This document shows, piece after piece, positions 18,977 through 26,727 of a stretch of 64,000 bases of DNA (positions are counted from its first letter, which is position 1; every line of letters begins with the position of its first letter). The notes beneath the pieces were generated by a model. It saw only the letters and a program-made list of their open reading frames with translations, was not told the DNA's origin and ran no database searches. Made by a program: the position numbers and the translations under genes. The stretch lies in NCBI GenBank assembly GCA_037388025.1, contig JARRKO010000039.1:10295-74294 (forward strand), given 5' to 3'. This DNA is from Syntrophobacterales bacterium. GTDB taxonomy: Bacteria; Desulfobacterota; Desulfobaccia; Desulfobaccales; 0-14-0-80-60-11.

Positions 18977-19561
18977 ATGAACCGTTCTAGCCGAATAACC
19001 CGCAAGACCAGGGAAACTGACATCGAGGTGGCCTTGGACCTGGACGGCGTAGGTAAGGTTGACCTCGCCACCGGCATTCCTTTCCTGAATCACATGCTGC
19101 ACCTGTTTGCGGCCCATGGCTATTTCGATTTGACCGTCAGGGCAACCGGGGACCTGGAGGTGGATCAGCACCACACCGTGGAGGACATCGGCATCTGCCT
19201 GGGCCAGGCCTTTCGGGAGACCTTGACCGCCAAGTCCGGCGTGCGCCGCTACGGGGAAGCCCGGGTGCCCATGGATGAGGCCCTGGCTCAGGCCACGGTG
19301 GACCTGTCCAACCGGCCTTTCCTCCACTTCGACGTGCGCTTCGCCCCGGTGTCCGCGGCCCTGGACCCGCAACTCATCAAAGAGTTCTGGCGGGCCGTGG
19401 CCATCCACGGCGGCATGACCATCCATATCGAAGTGCCCTACGGCGACAATACCCATCATATCATGGAGGCCATCTTCAAGGCCATGGGCCGGGCCCTGGA
19501 CCGGGCCAGCCAACCTGAACCCCGGGCCCAGGGCACACCCTCCACCAAGGGAATGTTATGA
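18977..19561 (+). CDS. hisB: Imidazoleglycerol-phosphate dehydratase
   Basis: 194 aa. RKTRETDI..., HHTVEDIGI and HH..EA.FKA motifs. Confidence 0.92.
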   Translation: MNRSSRITRKTRETDIEVALDLDGVGKVDLATGIPFLNHMLHLFAAHGYFDLTVRATGDLEVDQHHTVEDIGICLGQAFRETLTAKSGVRRYGEARVPMDEALAQATVDLSNRPFLHFDVRFAPVSAALDPQLIKEFWRAVAIHGGMTIHIEVPYGDNTHHIMEAIFKAMGRALDRASQPEPRAQGTPSTKGML

Positions 19562-19626
19562 AATTATGCGGGGGAGTGTCAGGAAAAGCGATTCCCTGCC
19601 ATCTTCAGCATCAACCTCATCAGAGC

Positions 19627-19678
19627 GGTAGCACGGGCTTCCAGCCCGTGTCGGCCCGGGCAAAATGCCCGGGCTACC
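19627..19678. repeat. Composite double-hairpin element (GGTAGC ... GCTACC)
   Basis: CACGGGCT-tcc-AGCCCGTG (19632-19650) and GCCCGGGCA-aaa-TGCCCGGGC (19654-19674) enclosed by GGTAGC/GCTACC. Degenerate relatives at about 19690-19713, 20557-20578 and 46059-46109. Confidence 0.8.
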
Positions 19679-19770
19679 TGATTTAAATAGGTAGTTCAGG
19701 TTTCCAGCCTGTGTTTAATGAAATATCCCGGCTGAGTTAATGAGCCTTTCATGAAAAGGAGGATTGCCCA

Positions 19771-20478
19771 ATGGGTCCCCCGGCTCTCCTGGATAAAACG
19801 TACAACACCATAATCACTAAACTGGTGGAAACCGGCCAAGCCCCTCATTATACCGAGATTGCCTCGGCATTGGGGGTCTCTATGGAAGAGGGCCGCAGGG
19901 CTCTCCATGAACTGATGTCCGCCGGTGTGCTGGGCATGTGGCTGTTTCCGGATACGGATTATATCAGCAGCTTTGCGCCCTTTAGCAACCTCCCCACCCA
20001 GTATCGCCTCACCATAGCGGGTGAACAAAAATGGTTCGCCCAGTGAGGTTTCGAGGCGCTGGCAGTATGCTGGCTTTTTCCCGGCAAACCAGTGCAGATC
20101 ACCGCTCCTTGCCTTGATTGTGGCTTACCGCTGCAGGTGGAGATGCAAGACGGCCGGGTCATAACCACCACTCCGGAGGGCATCATTGCTTATGTGGCCA
20201 TCCCCTTCTCCCGATGGCTGGAGCGGCTGCCCCATGCCTGAAGCACCATGAATCTCTTCCGGTCGGAAGAGCATATCCGGAACTGGGCTCAATTTGATCC
20301 CGCCACCGAGGAAGGCATTCTGCCACTGGCAGACCTGGTGAAGATATTTTCCGGCAATTTTTTCCGCCAACGGCTGGACCCGGATTACGCGTCCCAGAGT
20401 AAACAATACCTGGGTGAATTTCTGGCAGAGATCGCGGCAGTTGCCAAAACGCGGCCTTTTTGGCGACTAAGGCCATAA
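19771..20478 (+). CDS. MerB-family (alkylmercury/organomercurial lyase-like) protein, predicted selenoprotein with two in-frame UGA codons (20044-20046, 20239-20241)
   Basis: Track ORFs 19771-20046 and 20248-20478 and the unlisted stretch between them share one frame, interrupted only by two TGA codons. AAGGAGG SD lies 8 nt before 19771; there is none before 20248. Merged 235-aa product: wHTH N-terminus, WFAQ-U-GFEAL (compare MerB YAWC96ALD99TL) and PHA-U-STMNLFRS..W (compare SFC159CHVHFFAS..W). Hairpins follow both TGAs. Confidence 0.6.
20058..20074 (+). promoter_or_regulatory. SECIS-like hairpin 1 (moderate)
   Basis: GCUGGC-AGUAU-GCUGGC: 6 bp including two G-U pairs. Begins 11 nt after UGA 20044-20046. 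The loop contains GU. Confidence 0.4.
20254..20271 (+). promoter_or_regulatory. SECIS-like hairpin 2 (strong)
   Basis: CUCUUCC-GGUC-GGAAGAG: perfect 7-bp stem with a GGUC tetraloop. Begins 12 nt after UGA 20239-20241. Confidence 0.65.
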
Positions 20479-20636
20479 TGAGGGTCAGGAGACTATGTGG
20501 AAAAATCGAGGGTGGAGAACCGTTCTTGTAACACATCCACATCCCATCCCCACCCCGGTAGCGCGGGCTTCCAACCTGATTACTATCGAATCAAAATATT
20601 GTGTTAGCACCGTCAACCAATAAAACTTTCTAAATT

Positions 20637-21667
20637 ATGCGAGCCATCACTGGTCAACTAACACCTGAAATTTCAGAATTTATTGGTAAACTTTCAGTTG
20701 CCAAAGCCGATGCATTTCCGGTGTCATCGTTTCAAGAAATTATGCGTCTTGTCGCACGATTATCATATATGAATAAAGACCTAAAATTTATAGAGGAGAC
20801 CGTGTTAAACGTATTGAAATGGATATAAGGTTTGACAGGCTGTCGCGGGCTTCTCAGAGACTATCTGATTATCTTGAAACTGAGGGGCTCGAAGGATATC
20901 AAGATGTAAAACGCCGCCGTTATATTCAATGGAGTATCATACAACACTACGAGGTTTGCCCAACCCCTTTCCTCGACCTAACACATTCACTAAGAGTAGC
21001 TTGTTCTTTTGCTTTCCTTGACGCAGAGGATTTTGATCCTTATGTTTTCGTATTTGGCCTCCCATACATGACTAATAGAATATCTATTAACTCTGAGCAT
21101 GATATCATTAACGTTCGCCTTTTAAGTATTTGTCCACCTGACGCTTTTAGACCTTACTACCAAGAAGGTTACTTAGTAGGTACCGATGAAATTACCAATG
21201 AATATACTGATAAAACAGAATTAGATTTTAACAGACGTTTAATTGCAAAATTTAAACTTAATAAAGAACATTTTTGGGAGGAAGGTTTTGATGCTATACC
21301 ACAATCTGCGCTATATCCAGATGGAGATCGTGTTAAAGCTATTTGTGAACAAATAGTAATTTATTCTGATACAGAAATCGGACCAGAAATCCTCGGTAGA
21401 TTTCTTCAAGAATGGACTGATATAGAGAATCTCGTGTTAAGCTTTGCCCGCCAGAGGCGGGATAAAGTGTACTCAATCCGGGAAGCTATTAACTTTTTGT
21501 CAAGAGCTGAGATTCTATCATCTGATGTCCAAGAAAGACTCACAAATCTTAGACAATTAAGAAATCGTGTAGTTCACTACCCAAAAGAATTGAACGTTCA
21601 AGATTTGGCAAATGGATTTGACGAAATAGCCAATTTAAAAAATAAATTAAAAAAATTGCATTTTTAA
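20637..21667 (+). CDS. FRG-domain protein with C-terminal HepT-like HEPN domain; apparent -1 frameshift near 20783-20786
   Basis: AT-rich. FRG core IIQHYEVCPTPFLDLTHSLRVACSFAF and RPYYQEGYL. The name-giving motif (KIYRGD) lies in-frame upstream of ATG 20819 but after a stop; it continues the 63-aa ORF 20637-20828 if a -1 shift occurs at CTAAAATTT. The C-terminus has LRQLRNRVVHY (Rx4H, HepT/DUF86-like). Confidence 0.6.
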
Positions 21668-21694
21668 AACTGATTCTTCGTTAAAATAACTTCC

Positions 21695-22627
21695 TTGACT
21701 CTAAACCAGAAGATGCATAGAAGAAAATTTTTAAAACATTTGGTATGTGGGCTGGCCGCGGGCTGGGCCGGGGGCCGCCTGTTCTGGCCGCGCTGGGCCG
21801 AGGCCACCACCCCGGCCATCTCCCTAGCCCTCCTGGCCGACCCCCACCTGATGGACGGGAACGACCGGCGTGCCGAGGCCCTATCTTTGGCCCGGGCGGT
21901 GGCGGAAATCAAGTCCCACAAGCCGCCCCCGCATCTGGTGCTGTTTGCCGGCGACCTGGCCCACGACGGCAACCCTGACGCCCTGGCCCTGGGGGAGGAA
22001 ATCCTCTCGGATCTTCCCATGCCGGTGCTGGCGGTGCGGGGCGAAGGGGATGGCCGCTCAGCAAAAGGCCAGGCCGGCTGGAGACTCTTCAGCCAGGGCC
22101 GCTTCGTTCACGACTGCGATGGCATCAATCTCCTCGGCCTGGACACCGGTTGGCAGGACACCCCGGCAGGTCCGGGCTTCACCTTGGGAGAGACCCAACA
22201 CCGTTGGCTGGCCCGCGTCCTATCCGGGCTGGACCCGGCCAAACCGCTGGTCATCCTGTCCCATGCCCCCCTGACCCCCATCTTCCGTCCCTGGGGGCAG
22301 TGGACCGTGGACAGCGGCCCTCTAATAGACCGACTCTCCCAATTCCACCAGGTCCATTGCTGCCACGGCCATGTCCATCACGGCGGCTGGTCGGCGGGAG
22401 CGGGCCTCGGGGTGGAAAATTTCGGCCATGGTCGAATCCTGAAAGCCGCCAACCGCCAACCCCTTTCTCACTTAGCCTTACCAGCCACATCCTGGCCTTT
22501 ACCTCACCCTCTAAAAGGAACACCGAGAAAGCTGCGACCTGGGTTGGGTCCTCGTGGCTGCGGCTGGGCTCTTTTGAATACCGGAGGTCAATCATGTAAG
22601 CTTAAGCAAATTTTCTGGGAGGCCTGA
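21695..22627 (+). CDS. Metallophosphoesterase with twin-arginine (Tat) signal
   Basis: MHRRKFLKHL..AAGWAGG Tat-like leader. Calcineurin-like motifs (ADPHL, GDLAHDG, HAPL, GHVHH). Confidence 0.75.
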   Translation: MTLNQKMHRRKFLKHLVCGLAAGWAGGRLFWPRWAEATTPAISLALLADPHLMDGNDRRAEALSLARAVAEIKSHKPPPHLVLFAGDLAHDGNPDALALGEEILSDLPMPVLAVRGEGDGRSAKGQAGWRLFSQGRFVHDCDGINLLGLDTGWQDTPAGPGFTLGETQHRWLARVLSGLDPAKPLVILSHAPLTPIFRPWGQWTVDSGPLIDRLSQFHQVHCCHGHVHHGGWSAGAGLGVENFGHGRILKAANRQPLSHLALPATSWPLPHPLKGTPRKLRPGLGPRGCGWALLNTGGQSCKLKQIFWEA

Positions 22628-22796
22628 AAAGGTTCTTAATATTACTGGATTCTTCGCTTCAGTTCGGATGACCAGACATCAACGCTTGAGGCTTTGCCAT
22701 TTACTTCAGTGAAAAGACCGAAAGCGCCATCTTAAACCCGGTACCTTAATAAAAATCTAATACGGGTTAGGTATCATTAACAAACTTGAGCCGGCG

Positions 22797-23306
22797 ATGA
22801 ATATTAAAAAGCTCGATGAAAAAAGGCAGTTGGAATTTTACGCGGTTCTCTATTTCATCCGGGATCAGCGGAAACATCACCACAGGTGGTTAATATTCAA
22901 AGAATTTTCCGACCCGCCCAATCCGGACACCTATTGCTGGCTCAACGGCGAACAGGTGGGCATCGAGGTGACCCACCTCTGCGGCAACAATCACGATGCC
23001 AAAAACGCGCTGGGGAAGCTGAATAACGGAGAGAATTTGGAAGGGAACAAGCAGCAGCCGGTGCCGCCCGGGTCCATGAACAACCGCCTTCCCCATGAAC
23101 TGAACCGGATTTTGGAGTATAAAGCCAAGCACCACTACGGCGACAAGACTTGGCTGGTGATTCGCAATACCTACCCGCTCTGGGAGAAAGGTGATTTCGA
23201 ACGCTACCGGGGCGACATTAAAGTGCCCCGCCAGCACGCGTTTGAGGAAATTTGGTTGGTCTGCGATCCGGTGGCCGCGTCGGGAACTATCCGCCTTTAC
23301 CCGTAA
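22797..23306 (+). CDS. Hypothetical protein (possible PD-(D/E)xK-like core, weak)
   Basis: 169-aa ORF in a lower-GC patch. PD...(13 aa)...GIEVT resembles a nuclease-fold motif, but the Lys is not conserved. Confidence 0.45.
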   Translation: MNIKKLDEKRQLEFYAVLYFIRDQRKHHHRWLIFKEFSDPPNPDTYCWLNGEQVGIEVTHLCGNNHDAKNALGKLNNGENLEGNKQQPVPPGSMNNRLPHELNRILEYKAKHHYGDKTWLVIRNTYPLWEKGDFERYRGDIKVPRQHAFEEIWLVCDPVAASGTIRLYP

Positions 23307-23327
23307 GCTTCCTTTCCCTTCATCTGC

Positions 23328-24983
23328 TCAATCCATCCACAGACTCTTAGAGATCTGCCCCCAACCGGGTAATCCCACCCCCGGCCCTGCCAGTAGTTCC
23401 TCCACCTTTTCCTCCAGGCGAGCGATGAGGGGAGGCAGGGTCTGGTTATCCAGGGCCGAGAGGGCCACGCCCTGATGCACGCGCACCTGAATGGTTGCCA
23501 GTTCCGGGGTCACCAGGTCCATCTTGTTAAACACCTTGAGCACGGGTTTGTCGCTCAACTCTAGGTCGGCCAGAATGCGGTCCACGGCCTCCATCTGTTC
23601 CGGGAAGCGGGGATTGCTCAGGTCGATGACGTGGATGAGGAGGTCGGCTTCCTCCAACTCCTCCAGGGTGGCTTTAAAGGCCTCCAGCAGGTTCTTCGGC
23701 AGATCCTGGATGAAGCCCACCGTGTCAGTGATGATCACTTCCCGTTCCCGGGGAAAGCGCAGACGGCGGCTGGTGGGGTCCAGGGTGGCAAAGAGTCGGT
23801 CTTCGGCCAGCACACTGGCGTGAGTCAGGGCGTTGAACAGGGTGGATTTGCCGGCGTTGGTGTAGCCGATGATGGACAGGATGGGGAGTTGGTGGCGCTT
23901 GCGCCCTTCCCGCCTGACCCTGCGTTCGGCCCTCACCTTGTCCAGGTCCCGGTTGAGGCGGTGCAGGCGCTCCTGCAAGCGCCGCCGGTCGATCTCCAGC
24001 TTGGTCTCCCCCGGACCCCGGCCACCGATACCGCCGGTGAGGCGGGACAGGGCGTCGTCCCGGCCCCGGAGGCGGGGCAACAGGTACTTCACCTGGGCCA
24101 TCTCCACCTGAAGCTTGCCCTCCCGGGTCCGGGCCCGCTGGGCAAAAAGGTCCAGGATGAGCTGGGTGCGGTCGATGACCCGAAGTTCGGTGAAATCGGT
24201 AATGGAGCGCACCTGGGCCGGGGTGAGCTCGGCGTCAAAGACCAGGAGGTCGGAACCCACCTGCAGGGCCTGGATGACCAAATCGGTGAGGCGGCCCTTA
24301 CCCATGAGAAAGCGGGGGTCCACCCGGGAACGATGCTGGATGACGGTGGCGGCCACCTCCAGACCGGCGGAGCGGGCCAGTTCCGTGAGCTCCGCCATGG
24401 AATCCTCGGCCTCCGCCTTGTTCCGGGCCGAAACCCCCACCAGGATGGCCCGTTCCCGTCCCGACGGTCCCCGGCCATCGCCGCTGCGGGCCAGCTCTCC
24501 TTCCAGGGACTCCACCATCTCGGCGAAATTGAGGTCCAGGTGAGTGACATGGTCCACCCTGGAGATGGTCCAATTTTTACCGTTTTCTTCGTGGGGCAGG
24601 AGGTGGGCCAGATGCACGGTCCCCGGCAGTCCCTGGGGATTAACGGCCAGCGCCGCCACGGCGTCCAGGCGCAACAGGGCCAGGTCCATGAGGTCGTCCT
24701 GGCTCAGGGGACTATCGTCCAGATGGGTGTGAATCAGGCGCAGGCCCTTGAGGCGGCCCCGGGCGCCCCGCTCCCGGGGGAGTTCGGGAATAAGCAGGCC
24801 CTTGGCATCCCCCACGATGACGTGGCTGACGACCCCCGCTCGATCCACCAGGATGCCCACCTGGCGACCAACTTCCCGGGAAATTTCGGCGAGCTGCCGG
24901 GCCAACTCTGGGGTGACTAGCTCCCGAGGGGGTATCCGGCGGCGGTAGAGGCGCTCCAACCGCCGGGTCTGCTGGTGCTTCAA
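23328..24983 (-). CDS. hflX: GTPase HflX
   Basis: HflX N-domain plus G-domain motifs (GYTNAGKSTLFNALT, DTVGF, NKMD). 551 aa with a long N-terminal extension. Confidence 0.9.
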   Translation of the reverse strand: MKHQQTRRLERLYRRRIPPRELVTPELARQLAEISREVGRQVGILVDRAGVVSHVIVGDAKGLLIPELPRERGARGRLKGLRLIHTHLDDSPLSQDDLMDLALLRLDAVAALAVNPQGLPGTVHLAHLLPHEENGKNWTISRVDHVTHLDLNFAEMVESLEGELARSGDGRGPSGRERAILVGVSARNKAEAEDSMAELTELARSAGLEVAATVIQHRSRVDPRFLMGKGRLTDLVIQALQVGSDLLVFDAELTPAQVRSITDFTELRVIDRTQLILDLFAQRARTREGKLQVEMAQVKYLLPRLRGRDDALSRLTGGIGGRGPGETKLEIDRRRLQERLHRLNRDLDKVRAERRVRREGRKRHQLPILSIIGYTNAGKSTLFNALTHASVLAEDRLFATLDPTSRRLRFPREREVIITDTVGFIQDLPKNLLEAFKATLEELEEADLLIHVIDLSNPRFPEQMEAVDRILADLELSDKPVLKVFNKMDLVTPELATIQVRVHQGVALSALDNQTLPPLIARLEEKVEELLAGPGVGLPGWGQISKSLWMD

Positions 24984-25152
24984 TCCGGTAAGATTACCAA
25001 ACGGCCGGCTGATAACTGCTCCTTGGATGGATTAATTTTAAAAATAACTGGTTCAATTTTATCAAAAAATCTTTCATATCTAAAGCAATCATTTGGATTG
25101 GCAAAGGGTCCACGACCCCTGGCCCCCTCTCCCAATAACTTTTACCCCAATC

Positions 25153-25923
25153 TCAAGTTAGCCCCACAATCTGCGTCATCAGATGTGCCTGCTCCCTTAT
25201 AGTGGGGTCCAGGACGTTGGCCAGGGCCAGGCTGAGGCCGGCCCCGGCCAGCAGGGCCAGCACGGTGACTTCCATCTGCACCGGATACAGTTCCCGTAAG
25301 CCGCTGCGCAGGTTGGACAGGCCCACCATGGTGCGGGCCGGAAGGCCAAAAAGCGCGCCCGAGGCCAAGTAACGCACGGCCCTGAGCCCCGCTCCGGTCT
25401 GGAGCCAGGCATCCGGCCACCTGAGGTTGGGAAGCACCGGATCAAAAATGAGCTGGTGGTCGATGAGGCCAGCGTCCAGGGCCCGTTCCCGCAGTTCCAT
25501 GGCCACAGCCACTTTGCCTTCCAGAGAAGGCGGCGGGTGTGACTTTTGGTCCAGCAACAGGAGCACCACCGAGGTTTGGTGCGCCACCGCCAGAGGCAGA
25601 ATTTCCTGAAGTTTTTCTTCCTCCAGGGTGACCGCGTTGAGGATGGGTTTTTCCCGGCACGCCGCCAGCCCCAGGGCCAGCACCCGAGGATTAGGGCTGT
25701 CCAGAATGAGGGGGAGAGAGGTCACCTCCTGGACCGCGTCCACCAGGAAGGCCATCCGGTCTTCATAGCGCCGGGACAGGTAGCCGGGATTGAGATCCAA
25801 CATCCGGGCCCCGGCCGCCACGCAGCGCCTGGTCATTTCCTGTAGGGGCTCGGGATGAAGATCACGCAGGGCCTGGGCCACCAGGGGGTTGGCCCCGGTG
25901 AGGTTATCCGCCGCAATGATCAT
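25153..25923 (-). CDS. Pterin-binding (DHPS/MeTr-like) domain protein
   Basis: Start set at MIIAADNL, whose ATG overlaps the upstream gene stop (TGATG). TIM-barrel pterin-binding text (LDLNPG..., ILNAV, SNLS). Confidence 0.65.
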   Translation of the reverse strand: MIIAADNLTGANPLVAQALRDLHPEPLQEMTRRCVAAGARMLDLNPGYLSRRYEDRMAFLVDAVQEVTSLPLILDSPNPRVLALGLAACREKPILNAVTLEEEKLQEILPLAVAHQTSVVLLLLDQKSHPPPSLEGKVAVAMELRERALDAGLIDHQLIFDPVLPNLRWPDAWLQTGAGLRAVRYLASGALFGLPARTMVGLSNLRSGLRELYPVQMEVTVLALLAGAGLSLALANVLDPTIREQAHLMTQIVGLT

Positions 25924-26528
25924 CAAGCGTTGATGGCGGCGTGGGCCTTGGCCAGCAGCTGGCTGCGCACCCGCAAGGTGGCCTCCAGTCCCTGGTGCGA
26001 GGCCTGGGACAGCCGGTTGACCCACTCCCTCTGTCGGATCGTCGCGTTGATCAGGGGGAGATTGGCCGCGGCTATGTGGTAGGCCGCCTGGAGAGCCCCA
26101 CCCAGAAGCTCGGTGGCCACCAGGAGGTCGGAGAGGAGGTGGTTGCGGCAGTGAGCTCCCGCCTCACCTATCAGGTCCAGGGCCACCAGCACCTGCCCCA
26201 TAACCTGCCAGGGACAGCGGGTGGCCTCCTCCACCGCCCTCTGGAGGTTGGACCCCTGTTGCCGCACGGACAGGGCCTGGGCCATGGTCAGGTAGGCCTC
26301 CACATCCGCTCGGCGCAGGCGCTGGAAAATCCGGACCAGGCGGCGCGTTTCCGCTAATTTCTCGGTCCAAAAAGTGACTTGGGACTCATCGTTGTAAGGA
26401 CGGGATTTCTCCAAACGGATGACCTTGGTTAAGAGGGCCAGCCCCACGCCGGCGCTGAAAGCGGCCGCCGCCCCACCACCAGGGTCGGGCCGGGCCCGGG
26501 CCAACTGGTCGAGGAAGGAGGGACTCAT
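25923..26528 (-). CDS. Cyclodeaminase/cyclohydrolase family protein (FTCD C-terminal-like)
   Basis: 201 aa. GGGAAAAFSAGVGLAL.. and LP.IN text typical of the formiminotransferase-cyclodeaminase C domain / FchA-like family. Confidence 0.7.
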   Translation of the reverse strand: MSPSFLDQLARARPDPGGGAAAAFSAGVGLALLTKVIRLEKSRPYNDESQVTFWTEKLAETRRLVRIFQRLRRADVEAYLTMAQALSVRQQGSNLQRAVEEATRCPWQVMGQVLVALDLIGEAGAHCRNHLLSDLLVATELLGGALQAAYHIAAANLPLINATIRQREWVNRLSQASHQGLEATLRVRSQLLAKAHAAINA

Positions 26529-26727
26529 AAGTTCAATTCAGGGTAAAATATCGACATATTTTTCTTCTTCAGGAACACACTCCGTTTGGAGAGCATCACG
26601 GGTCTTGGCCCGGATATCCAGGCTTTGTGTTCGTGTGCCTCAAAATAAACGAGTTGAAGGCAATCGTCAAGGGGGCGCGCTTGCGGCTTGTCTTGCAGGA
26701 CCAAACTGTTGTGGCTATACTTATTAC

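Noticed and set aside
19696-20542. Minus-strand ORFs (110, 75, 93 and 119 aa) overlapping the MerB-like locus.
   Set aside because: They have no SD and no recognisable motifs, and they overlap a plus-strand frame with full-length family similarity. I treat them as shadow ORFs.
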